Made by a program: the position numbers and the translations under genes | NCBI GenBank assembly: GCA_963767925.1 | Contig: CAVYGB010000013.1 | Span: 32,001-96,000, forward strand | DNA from: an uncultured delta proteobacterium | Lineage (GTDB): Bacteria; Myxococcota_A; Polyangia; Fen-1088 | Length of the DNA stretch: 64,000 nucleotides | Direction of reading: 5' to 3' | Notes under the pieces: generated by a model | Databases searched by the model: none | What the model was told of the DNA's origin: nothing | The model's input: the letters and a program-made list of their open reading frames with translations, nothing else | In this document: in pieces, positions 41,415 through 50,818 of the stretch | How positions within the stretch are numbered: position 1 is the stretch's first letter | Layout: each line of letters opens with the position of its first letter

Positions 41415-42815
41415 TCAGTTCGCCGGCGGCAACAGGGCTGCCTTGGCCAGGATGTAGCCGGCCGGCATCTCCTGGGGCACGAGCACGATCGTGGTCAGGC
41501 CGAGCTCCTTGACCAGGGTGTCGAGCAGGACGGCGTTGGCCAGGGCCTTGCCGCCGTAGATGTCCCGGATCTTGGCGCTCTTGAGGGCCTCGAAGTCGGG
41601 CTGCTCGATCACGGTGCTGAAGAACCCGGTCAGATCGGCGGGGGTCAGCACGGTGGTGATGTCGCCGTACACGGCGTTGACCATCGGCCGCTCCATCGCC
41701 ACCCGATCGGCGTAGGCCGGCTCGGTGTCGATCCACTTGCCGGCCGTGTCCCGCAGCAGCGCCTTGATCGACAGGTGCAGGGCGCCGTCCTGGCCGACGG
41801 CGAAGATCTCCGGCTTCAGGTCGCCGGCGGTGATGGCGGCCTTCAGCAGGGCCAGGCTGGAGGGCGGGGTCAGCCTGGCCAGCTCGGCGTCGAGCCGGGT
41901 CTTCAGGTCGGCGGCGTGTTTGGCCCGGGCGACGTCGTAGCTGTCGGTGGTGGCCTCGGTGTAAAAGGTGTTGGCCCCACGCACGTAGCCGAGCGGCACG
42001 CTGACCGTGCGGACGGTGGTGCTGCCCCTGGGCAGCCAGCCGATCTGGAAGCTGTTGCTCCCCGGGTCGAGCGAGAACCGCTCGGGCGAGTTGCGGGTCC
42101 CGGCGGCGTAGCCGTAGATGCCCTCCTGCTCGCCGGTGAGGACCTCGATGTCGAGGGTTGTGGCGGTCTTCACCCGGGCGCTGACCTCGGCCATGTTGGT
42201 GGCGTCGCGCGCCCACTGGGTGGCCTCGGCGCCCACGAGCAGGCCGGTGTCCAGGGTGCAGACCCGCTGGAGCTCCTTCATCGTGGCGATCAGGTTGGTG
42301 ATCTCGCCGTCCTTGAGGGCCGAGCGGGCCATCGTGGCGGAGCTGAAGACCATCGCCCCGAAGCCCAGGCGCACGCGACACTGCCGCTCGTCCTTGAAGG
42401 AGAGGGGCTTGCCGGCCTCCATCGAGATGACCTGCAGCTTGGCGTTGTTGCTGCCGAGATCGATCGCGCAATAGACCTTGCGGCCGGCGGCCGGGGCGAT
42501 CGCCTCGTTGCGGTCGGCCTCGCCCGAGCACTTGATCTCGGCGACGACGTCGCGGGCGGGGGCGCCGTCGGGTGACGGCGCGCTGGCGTCGGGCGAAGGC
42601 GCGCTGCCGCCGGAGCCGGCTGCTCCACCGCTGCCGGCGCTGCCGCCGGAGCCAGAGGATCCGGCGCGGCCGGCGCTACCCCCGGTGCCGGCAGAGCTGC
42701 CGCCGCTGCCCGCGGTGGGGGCGGCGGGATCGGGGTCGTCGCTGCAGGCGATCGGCAGCGCGAGGGCAACGGCTAACGGAAGGGCGGCCAGTCTCGTGAA
42801 GGAAGCGATGTTCAT
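41415..42815 (-). CDS. Ppx/GppA-family phosphatase with a lipoprotein signal
   Basis: Hydrophobic stretch ending LPIA-C, Gly/Ser linker, then AIDLGSNN, RVRLG, ATQWARDATN, IEVLTGEQEG, DPGSNSFQI. Confidence 0.8.
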   Translation of the reverse strand: MNIASFTRLAALPLAVALALPIACSDDPDPAAPTAGSGGSSAGTGGSAGRAGSSGSGGSAGSGGAAGSGGSAPSPDASAPSPDGAPARDVVAEIKCSGEADRNEAIAPAAGRKVYCAIDLGSNNAKLQVISMEAGKPLSFKDERQCRVRLGFGAMVFSSATMARSALKDGEITNLIATMKELQRVCTLDTGLLVGAEATQWARDATNMAEVSARVKTATTLDIEVLTGEQEGIYGYAAGTRNSPERFSLDPGSNSFQIGWLPRGSTTVRTVSVPLGYVRGANTFYTEATTDSYDVARAKHAADLKTRLDAELARLTPPSSLALLKAAITAGDLKPEIFAVGQDGALHLSIKALLRDTAGKWIDTEPAYADRVAMERPMVNAVYGDITTVLTPADLTGFFSTVIEQPDFEALKSAKIRDIYGGKALANAVLLDTLVKELGLTTIVLVPQEMPAGYILAKAALLPPAN

Positions 42816-42986
42816 GGAGTCCCCCTGCGTGGTGGGCGGAAAGGTCCGAGCCAAGGCTCGGGGCCCTTTTTGCCGCCGCCCCGGGCAGAGTCAACACGCG
42901 GGGGGCCTCGTCGCACAAACGGCACAATGGCTTCGGCGAACCGTCACCGTCATGCTCCTCCGCTGCCATCCGGCCAGCGGCGCCAG

Positions 42987-44102
42987 CTACCGGGCCTGGG
43001 GCCGGGCGCCGCGGGCCAGGTCGGCCATCTCGGAGGCGGGGAGGACCCGGTTGTACATCACGATCTCGTCGACGTCGCCGGCGTAGCGCTCGCCGAGCAT
43101 CTCGGTGGCGCTGAGCTGGCCGGCGCCGACGTAGACCGGCGTCTCTTCCTGGGGGATGCCCAGCTCGTAGACGCCCGCCGCCACCGGCGAGCCCTGCATG
43201 TAGATGCGGGCGAACCTCTTGTCGAAGGTGACGCCGAGGTGCACCCAGCTCCCCCGGGGGATGGCCGGACCGGCCGCCAGATCGAGGTTGTACCCGTTGC
43301 CGGAGTTGATGCGCAGCCGGGCCGCGCCGCCGGTGACCCCGAACGCGTAGATGAAGCCACCGGACGACTGGGCCCGCCGCGAGACGATGAACCCGTCGCC
43401 GTTCATGTCGCCGGAGAGGCGCACCCAGAGGCTCACGCTCAAGGCCATCTCGATGGTGTTGAGGCTGGGGGCCGGGCTCACCCGCAGCGAGGCGGCCGCG
43501 CCCCGGGGAAACCGCAGCGCCGAGCCGAAGCGCCCGTCGACCCAGGCCCGCGCCACGTCGAGCCCTTGCAGCGAGGCGATGTTCAGGTTGCCCGAGGCGT
43601 CCTCGGCGATGCCCGAGCCCGTGCCCTCGTCGAGCGGCAGATAGAGGACGACGCCGCTCGCGGGCGACATCACCTCGGCGCGCCCCGTGTCGCCGAACAC
43701 CGGCTCGGGGGGAAAGGCGTCGGGCGCGGGGGCTTGCACGTCGCCGGTGGCGAGGTCCCCGGCGGCGCCGTCGTCCGCCGTCGGCAGGTCGGGAGCCGGC
43801 GGGGCGTCGGGCGATCCGCCGGCGCCTCCCGCGCCGCTGTCCCCGGCGCCTCCCGCTCCGATGCCGCCGATGCCGCCGCCGCCGCCGCCCGGAGTGGTGG
43901 GCAGCGCCGGCGGCGGAGGGGCGACGGTGCCCGGCCGCCCCGGTGGCGGGGGCGGGGGCGCGATGTGGGGACGCTCCTCGGGCTTGAGGCCCTCGAGCTC
44001 CCGCCGGCAGTCGGCCGAGACGGCCGCGGCGCAGGCCAGAGCGACGAGCGTGACAGGTGCTCGAACCGGCCGCCGGGCGGCCCTCGTGGCGAAGCTGGTC
44101 AT
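42987..44102 (-). CDS. LamG/concanavalin-like domain exported protein, probable lipoprotein
   Basis: Signal, Pro/Gly linker, LDEGTG...DASGN, GRFGSAL, WVHLGVTFD, GDVDEIVMYNRVL. Confidence 0.85.
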   Translation of the reverse strand: MTSFATRAARRPVRAPVTLVALACAAAVSADCRRELEGLKPEERPHIAPPPPPPGRPGTVAPPPPALPTTPGGGGGGIGGIGAGGAGDSGAGGAGGSPDAPPAPDLPTADDGAAGDLATGDVQAPAPDAFPPEPVFGDTGRAEVMSPASGVVLYLPLDEGTGSGIAEDASGNLNIASLQGLDVARAWVDGRFGSALRFPRGAAASLRVSPAPSLNTIEMALSVSLWVRLSGDMNGDGFIVSRRAQSSGGFIYAFGVTGGAARLRINSGNGYNLDLAAGPAIPRGSWVHLGVTFDKRFARIYMQGSPVAAGVYELGIPQEETPVYVGAGQLSATEMLGERYAGDVDEIVMYNRVLPASEMADLARGARPQAR

Positions 44103-44468
44103 GTTCAGGCCCCCCGGCTGCATGAAAAAAGCAGGACGAAAACCGGGCCGTCCCGCACCCCTTGACCTTGCAGGCAGCCTTTTACAACTAGCTCAGGCCC
44201 GTATGTCGAGAAAAGTAGCCGATGTGGGTTTTTCTCTTCCGAGAACCCGCCGCGCTTTCGAACCTCCTTCAATAAGGGCGCCAGCCGCGGCGGGGCGACA
44301 ACCCGCACCAGTTTTTCTTACGAACGTCGGCCGCGTTCGCAGCCGCACCCCGGCGGTTTACCCCACCGTCCGCGCCTTCCCTTGAACAAGCCCATGTCGG
44401 CGGGAACAAGCGGGGCGGGCGCCGTTGAGAAAGCAGGACCGCAGAGGCGAAGCAGCGAGGAGGCCACC

Positions 44469-45497
44469 ATGGCGAAAGCGAAGGCACGGAGGATCTGTTA
44501 CGACCGTCTGCTCCCGGGAGAGCTGGCCCGGCCGCGGGAGGTGGTGCGGGCAGGTGGGCGCACGCGGGCGATCTCGCCGGTGCGCAAGCAGTGGGTCAAC
44601 GGCAGCACCCTGCGCATCCGCTTCCTCGGCGGCACGGCCGAGCAGCGCCGGCAGGTCGAGACCATCGCCCCGCAGTGGTGCAACCACGCCAACCTCAAGT
44701 TCGAGTTCGGCGAGGACCCCCGGGCGGAGATCCGGGTGAGCTTCGATCCCGACGACGGCGCCTGGTCGTACGTCGGCACCGACAACTCGGGCATCCCCCT
44801 GCACGCGGCGACCCTCAACCTCGGCTGGCTCGACCAGGCGGTCATCCTGCACGAGTTCGGACACATGATCGGGCTGGCCCACGAGCACCAGAACCCCGAA
44901 GGTGGGCTGATCTGGAACGAGGAGGTGGTGATCCGCGACCTGTCGGGTCCGCCCAACTACTGGGACGTCGCCACCATCCGGCACAACGTGCTCGACAGGT
45001 ACACCGCCGACCAGGTCATGGGCACCCGCTTCGACCCGGCGTCGATCATGCTGTACGCCTTCCCCGACGAGTGGACCCAGAACCCGGGCGGCACCCGCGA
45101 GAACAGCGACATCTCCGCGCTCGATCAGGAGTTCGTGCGCAGCGCCCGCATGTACCCGGGCCGCACCGCCCCCGGCGAGCGCGCGGTCGAGCTGCCGGTG
45201 CTGCAGGGGACCCGGGCCGAGATCGGCAAGCCCGGCGAGGAGGACCTGTTCAAGTTCGCGGTCGAGCGGGCCGGCGTATACGTGGTCGAGACCACCGGGG
45301 CCAGCGATCTGGTGATGGGGCTCTACGGCCCGGACAGCCTGACCCGCAAGCTGGCCGAGGACGACGACGGCGGTGAGGGGGCCAACCCGCGCATCAGCGT
45401 CTCGCTCCAGCCCGGCACCTACTTCGTGCAGGTGCGCCACTACCAGCCCCAGGCGACCGGGTCCTACGAGATCCGGGTGGTGGCCCAGCCGGGATGA
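44469..45497 (+). CDS. M12 (astacin-like) zinc metallopeptidase with C-terminal PPC domain
   Basis: WSYVG, HEFGHMIGLAHEH, Met-turn SIMLY; C-terminal DLFKF...EDDDGG...LQPGTYFVQVR. No signal peptide seen. Confidence 0.88.
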   Translation: MAKAKARRICYDRLLPGELARPREVVRAGGRTRAISPVRKQWVNGSTLRIRFLGGTAEQRRQVETIAPQWCNHANLKFEFGEDPRAEIRVSFDPDDGAWSYVGTDNSGIPLHAATLNLGWLDQAVILHEFGHMIGLAHEHQNPEGGLIWNEEVVIRDLSGPPNYWDVATIRHNVLDRYTADQVMGTRFDPASIMLYAFPDEWTQNPGGTRENSDISALDQEFVRSARMYPGRTAPGERAVELPVLQGTRAEIGKPGEEDLFKFAVERAGVYVVETTGASDLVMGLYGPDSLTRKLAEDDDGGEGANPRISVSLQPGTYFVQVRHYQPQATGSYEIRVVAQPG

Positions 45498-46423
45498 CGG
45501 CGGCAGGCGGCGGTGGCGCGGTCCGGGTGGTGGGGGATCGCCTCGCCATCGGAGACCGTTTCACCGTCGCCTTCCAGCGCACCTTGCGCGTGCCCGAGGA
45601 CGGGCGGGTCTACCCGTTGCCGCCCGGCCTCGGCCGCCTGCCGATCCATCCGGTCGAGGCGCTGGCGGGCCCGGCCGGCGCCGCCCTCCGCGAGGTGGGC
45701 GGCTTCTTCATTCCGCTCTACCAGCGCGAGGCAGTCTGGCTCGGCTTCGGAGGCGGCCACTGGAAGCCCAACGCCGTCCAGGTCGGGGCGGGTGAGGTCA
45801 ACGCGGTCAGCGGCGGGGCGTTCGACGATCCGCTGTCGGACGCGCCCCAGAACTACCTGGTCTGCCCGCAGCAGCCCTGGCTGGACGGGATCAACGCGGG
45901 GGCCGGGCAGATCCGGCAGTTCGTGGCGCTGCCGCTGGCCGACCCCCGGACGGTCGAGGCGCAGCTCCGTGGACAGGTCACCCCGGCCGGGCTGCGGCTG
46001 CGGGTGTTCGAGCCCCAGCCCGGCCGCTTCCCGGGCGGCCCCCCGCCCGAACGTCACGGGCCGCAGCGGGCCGCCGGCGCGCTGGGGCTGGGGGCGGGCG
46101 GCCGCATCGAGCAGCGGCTCTACCAGGACGCCTTCGGGCTGGGGAGCTGGGATCTGCGCTCGGCGCGCACGGTATCGATCCACCTGATCGACAGCCGCAG
46201 CTTCCGCGCGCTGACCGGCCAGCCGCCCCCCGACTCCCCGCTCGACGCCGCCGCCTACGCCCGGCACGGCCTGCCCTGGTTCTCGATCTATGACGAGGAC
46301 CTGCCGGGCCTGCCCGCCGCGCCAGCGCTTGCCGGCGTCACGCCCGTGGGCGGGGAGGGCGAGGAGGAGGCGTCGGTGGAGGTGGACCCGGCAACGATCC
46401 AGCCGATCCGCCCGCGACGCTGA
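45494..46423 (+). CDS. Conserved hypothetical protein, translationally coupled to the M12 peptidase
   Basis: ATGA overlap; motif-rich sequence FQRTLRVPEDG..YPLPPGLG, PLYQREAVW, QNYLVCPQQPWLDG, LGAGGRIEQ, GLPWF. Confidence 0.75.
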   Translation: MTAAGGGGAVRVVGDRLAIGDRFTVAFQRTLRVPEDGRVYPLPPGLGRLPIHPVEALAGPAGAALREVGGFFIPLYQREAVWLGFGGGHWKPNAVQVGAGEVNAVSGGAFDDPLSDAPQNYLVCPQQPWLDGINAGAGQIRQFVALPLADPRTVEAQLRGQVTPAGLRLRVFEPQPGRFPGGPPPERHGPQRAAGALGLGAGGRIEQRLYQDAFGLGSWDLRSARTVSIHLIDSRSFRALTGQPPPDSPLDAAAYARHGLPWFSIYDEDLPGLPAAPALAGVTPVGGEGEEEASVEVDPATIQPIRPRR

Positions 46424-46427
46424 GCGC

Positions 46428-46688
46428 GCACGGGATCCGACAGACGTGCACGACACATGTGCATTGCACGTGCACGTGCCCGTGCCCGGAAGACGTGCAC
46501 GGGATCCGACAGACGTGCACGACACATGTGCATTGCACGTGCACGTGCCCGTGCCCGGAAGACGTGCACGGGATCCGACAGACGTGCACGACACATGTGC
46601 ATTGCACGTGCACGTGCACGTGCCCGGAAGACGTGCACGGGATCCGTCAGACGTGCACGACACACGTGTACGTGCACGGTGCACGAGC
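46428..46688. repeat. 69-bp tandem repeat (~3.7 copies) rich in GTGCAC/CACGTG
   Basis: CGGGATCCG recurs at 46431, 46500, 46569 and 46638; lies between convergent genes. Confidence 0.95.
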
Positions 46689-46861
46689 ACGGCGAAACAT
46701 GGACCGAACGGTGATTTCTTGCATATCTCGCCGGTCCTCTTCGTTCCTGGCCGCGTTGCTCGTCGGTTAAATACGCCAGGTATTCGCCCTCCTCGCGCCT
46801 TGCCAGGAACGAAGATGCTTCGCCGACATATGCAAGACTTCACCTTTCCAGGGGACCTGGA

Positions 46862-48241
46862 CTAGGGCGCGGTGACGGTGAGGGTGTAGCTCCGGGTGCC
46901 CCAGATGGGGAGGGCGGGGCCCTCTCCGCTGGGCGGGAGGCAGCAGTTCTGGGGGAGGACGACGATGTAGTAGTCGCCGGCGTTGGCGATGGCCTGGGTG
47001 AGCTGCACGTCGGCGCCGGGGGTGTAGGTGAAGGCGCGCTCGAGCTCGGCCCCGAGGGGATCGTGCAGGACGAACGAGCCGGGGATGTCGCCCGGGCCGT
47101 TGCCGAGCTGGATGGTCACGTTGCCCACCGGGAGGCTGACCTTGTACCAGTCCTGCCAGTCGGCCGCCGGCGGCACCGTCGAGGGCTGCATCCCCGCGAA
47201 GTAGCGCCCCGTCACCGGCGTCCCCAGCGCGAGCGGCGTGGCCTGCGCCCGGACGTTGTTCGGCTCGCCCATCTCGGGCGCCTCCTGGAACGAGGCGCGG
47301 ATGCTGTAGGGGCCGATGCGGGCCGCATCGAGGTAGGCGGGCGACACGGCCACCCGGAAGGAGGCCCCCGGCCGGGCGGTGAAGTGGGCGATCGCGTCGC
47401 CGCCGTCCGAGCGGCTGTTCACCTCGACGATGCGCCCGTTGTCGGAGGCCGACTGGATGTTGAGGTGGACGATGCTCCGGGGAGCCAGATCGCTGATGCG
47501 CACGACTACCCAGCCGCCCTGGCTCCCCTCGGCCGGCACCGTGAGCTGGAAGTAGTCCACGTCGTTCGCGGTCTGCAAGCAGCCGGTGTACGTGCTGGCG
47601 AGCGGCAGCGGCGTGGCGTGGTCCCGGTCCTCGTTGGCGATCACCTCGGCCGCGAAGCCCGCCTCGCCCGGCACGCAGAGATCGGCCGAGCCGGCCACCT
47701 GGCCATCGGGAGCCGCGTCGGGGGACGGGCCGGTCTCCGGGGCGTTGCCGGCATCTGGCGGGGCGCCGCCGGCATCTGGCGGGGCGCCGCCGTCCCCGCG
47801 GGTGAGCTCGTTTGTCACCGGGTCGTAGCTGAGGTCGATGCGCGGGTCGGCGCACAGCTTCGTCGCGCTCGTGCACTTGCCGCCCCGGGGACAGTCGATG
47901 TCGGTCTGGCACTGGTTGCGGCACTGCTGGTCGAAGGCGCAGACCAGCGGCTGGGCGCACTCGCTCGTGTAGCGGCAGGTCTCCTGCTCGGGCGGCTGGC
48001 AGGCCGCCCCGTCGCCGGTCTTCACGCAGCGCTGGCCGGCCGGGCAGTCCCGCGACTCCAGGCAGGCGGACACGCAGTACCCCTGCACGCACTGGAGGGG
48101 ACTGTCGCAGTCGCTGGCCCGCAGGCACTTCGGCGTCGGCTTCACCAGCGGGGCGTCCGCGCCGGCGCAGGACATCGTCGTCCCCAGCCACAGCCCCAGC
48201 ACCACCAGGGCCGCCTTCCAGATCGATCGGGCACCGCGCAC
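46862..48241 (-). CDS. Cys-rich exported protein (probable lipoprotein) with two PPC-like domains
   Basis: GGAGGAGG RBS before GTG 48241; signal ending TMS-C; CxxxxDC repeats; DVDYF and EPNN...DWY domains. Hidden inside the 983-aa ORF. Confidence 0.75.
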   Translation of the reverse strand: MRGARSIWKAALVVLGLWLGTTMSCAGADAPLVKPTPKCLRASDCDSPLQCVQGYCVSACLESRDCPAGQRCVKTGDGAACQPPEQETCRYTSECAQPLVCAFDQQCRNQCQTDIDCPRGGKCTSATKLCADPRIDLSYDPVTNELTRGDGGAPPDAGGAPPDAGNAPETGPSPDAAPDGQVAGSADLCVPGEAGFAAEVIANEDRDHATPLPLASTYTGCLQTANDVDYFQLTVPAEGSQGGWVVVRISDLAPRSIVHLNIQSASDNGRIVEVNSRSDGGDAIAHFTARPGASFRVAVSPAYLDAARIGPYSIRASFQEAPEMGEPNNVRAQATPLALGTPVTGRYFAGMQPSTVPPAADWQDWYKVSLPVGNVTIQLGNGPGDIPGSFVLHDPLGAELERAFTYTPGADVQLTQAIANAGDYYIVVLPQNCCLPPSGEGPALPIWGTRSYTLTVTAP

Positions 48242-48276
48242 CGCTGTCCTCCTCCGACCCCGATTGTCACGCACGT

Positions 48277-49813
48277 CTAGAACCGCCCCGTCACGAGGGC
48301 GCCGGGCCCCGAATCCAATGAGGGCCCAGCCGATGTCGGGGGCCGCCCGCTCCCGGGACCGCTCGTAGCGGTCGGGATCGTCGCCGGAGACCAGCCAGGT
48401 CACCCCCAGCACGGCCGCCGCCACCCCGACGCCGACGGCGGCCAGCCCCACCTTGCGCCGGAGCTCGCGCCGCTGCACCGCCTGCTGGGCGCCCGCCAGG
48501 TCGCTGTCGCAGGTGAGGTGGTCGCCGCCGCCCCGCGGGTCGCAGGCCTCACCGCGCTCGAAGCTGCCCGCGATCCGCGCCCGGTCGTCGCGGGCGGCGC
48601 CGAGGGGGCCTTCGTTCATCACCAGCAGGACGCCGGCCGCCGCGCCGAGGGCGGCGCCCGCCGCGGTGGCGATCCAGCCTCCGGTGCGCACGAGGCGGGC
48701 GTGCGACACGTAGGCCTCGCGCCGCTCCGGCGTCGGTTGCAGGGTCACGCGCACGTGGGTCTCGGTCCGGGCGGTGACGTTCACCATGCGCTCGCTGGGC
48801 AGGAAGCCGGCGCTCGCCACCTTCACCACGTGCCGCCCCGCGGGCAGGCTCAGCCCACCCCGGTAGACGCCGCGCGCTTCCCCGTCGACCGTCAGCTCGG
48901 CCTCCGGCTCGCTGATGTCGAGGGCCAGGGTGCCGCGGGCCACCTCGGGGTCGGTCCGCTCGCGCAGGGCAAAGGCCAGCTCGGCGGTGGCGCCGTCCCC
49001 CAGGTTCAGGGTGCGGGTCGAGGCCTGGTAGCCGGACCGGCGCAGCTCCACCGCCCGCGTCCCGGGGGGCACCGCGATCGATCCGGGCAGGGGCGTGCGC
49101 GCCACCCGCTCGCCGTCGATCAGGACCTCCGCGTCGGGCAGGCCGGTGCGCACGAAGAGCTGGGCCGGCCGCCGGTCGCTGGGGGTGAGATCGAAGCGCA
49201 CGTCGACCGTCACGCCCCCCGTGACGATCACCTCCCGGCGCACCGGCAGGTGGCCGGGGCTCGAGACCGCGACGACCCGGGTGCCGGCCGCCACCGGCAC
49301 CGCCACCGGCTGGCGGGCGGGCGTGCGGCCCGCCTCGACCCCGTCGACGTCGACGGCCGCGGGCGCGCTGGTGGACAGGCGCAGGTAGCCAACCTTGCGG
49401 GCCTGCTCCTGGCGCCGCTTCTGGGCCACCGCCCGCTGCTCGGTCGACAGCGACTCGGTCCGATCCAGCACCCGGTCGAGGGTGGCGAGCGCCTCGACCG
49501 GCCGGTTCATGGTGGCGTAGAGGACGCCGATCATGAGAAGGGTCTGCTGCTCGGGGGCCAGCTCGTGCGCCCGCCGGAACTCGGCCAGCGCGCCCGCGTC
49601 GTCGCGCTCCTGCAGCAGCGCCATGCCCCGGTCGAAGCGGGCTCTCGCCTCGCTGCGCCGGGGGTCGTCGGGGCGCTGGACCGGCGCCGCTGCGGCGCGG
49701 AAGGTGGTGAAGAGGCTGAGGAAAACCGCCAGGAGGGCCGGGCGACGGGAGAGTGAGCTGAGCAAGGGGGGTACGTTGGAGTGTATCCATGTGAGTTTAG
49801 TAATCCACAACAC
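48277..49813 (-). CDS. TPR + PEGA repeat protein (+1 insertion at ~48317 near the C-terminus)
   Basis: ARARFDRG...ALAEFRRA TPR; three PEGA repeats (VDVDG..GRTP); hydrophobic hairpin. The corrected frame ends GPGALVTGRF-stop at 48277. Start uncertain (possibly TTG 49765). Confidence 0.8.
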
Positions 49814-50086
49814 ATACCTATATCCAACGAACCATTGTGGAAAAGGCGCGACCGCCGGCGGCCTCCCTGGGGGTCAACACGCCGAGGGCGGACGCACGGA
49901 CCCCACCATCTCGCCCGCCGGCCGGTCGAGCGGCATGAAGCGCCGCCGTCGGCCGGCGATGAGCAGGCAGGTGACCGAAGATGGCGGCGCCGGCGAGCAA
50001 GGCGGCCGTCGAGGGTTGCGGCGGCGGCGCCGGTGCCGCCTGTCCGGCTGCCCGTCGCCCGCCGGGTTGCTGGTAGACTGCCGCCC

Positions 50087-50746
50087 ATGTTTCGTCCCGC
50101 GATGAGCCCGCCCCGCCGAACCTCGATCGGCGCCGGTTTGGGTGTCGGCCTCGCCGCGCTGGCGCTGGCGCTGACGGCCGGCTGCGGCGAGGACGGCCCC
50201 GGCGGCGGCCCCTCGGTGTCGGGCGAAGGCGCCATCGACGACCTGGCGGGCGGCGATTGCGCGGTGGAGGTGGCCCTGCCGCCCAGCGAGGGGCAGGCCC
50301 ACGTCCCCACCTGCACGCCGGTCAGCTACACGAGCCAGCCGCCCGCCTCGGGGTCCCACTACGGCACCTGGCCGAAGTTCCGGGTGTACGACAAGCCGGT
50401 CCCCTGGGGCTTCCTCGTGCACGGGCTGGAGCACGGCGCGGTGGTCATCGCCCACAACTGCCCGGGCGACTGCAGCGCCGATCTGGCAGAGGTCCGCGCG
50501 CTCTACGCCAGCGTGCCGTCGCGGCCGGCCTGCGCGTTGCCCCCGCTCATCGTGACCCCCGACCCGACCCTCGACGTCCCCTTCGCCGCCAGCGCCTGGG
50601 GCGCGACGCTGCGCGCGCGCTGCTTCGACCGGGAGCGGTTCGCCGCCTTCATCACCCGGCGGGTCAACCGGGGCCCCGAGTTCTTCCCCAACGACTGCGG
50701 CGTCAGCGACCTGGAAGCGGCCACCTGGTGCGCCGCAACGCCCTGA
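50087..50746 (+). CDS. DUF3105-domain lipoprotein
   Basis: Lipobox TAG-C; HV...Y..PPASGSHY, LVHGLEHGAVVI, AASAWG. Confidence 0.82.
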   Translation: MFRPAMSPPRRTSIGAGLGVGLAALALALTAGCGEDGPGGGPSVSGEGAIDDLAGGDCAVEVALPPSEGQAHVPTCTPVSYTSQPPASGSHYGTWPKFRVYDKPVPWGFLVHGLEHGAVVIAHNCPGDCSADLAEVRALYASVPSRPACALPPLIVTPDPTLDVPFAASAWGATLRARCFDRERFAAFITRRVNRGPEFFPNDCGVSDLEAATWCAATP

Positions 50747-50818
50747 GGGCCCGGGCCGGGGCAGAGCCGGCGCTTCTCCGGGGGCGCGGTTCGGGTTAAG
50801 AAGGGCCGGGAGGCCTCG

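Noticed and set aside
46428..46688. CRISPR array or His/Cys-rich small proteins
   Set aside because: No spacers; ORFs in all six frames simply reflect a stop-free 69-bp unit, with no convincing RBS.
47747..47791. 21-bp tandem repeat
   Set aside because: Ordinary in-frame linker duplication (GGAPPDA x2).
49771..49845. Replication origin
   Set aside because: Only two DnaA-box-like sites, no extended unwinding element, and no dnaA/dnaN/parAB context.
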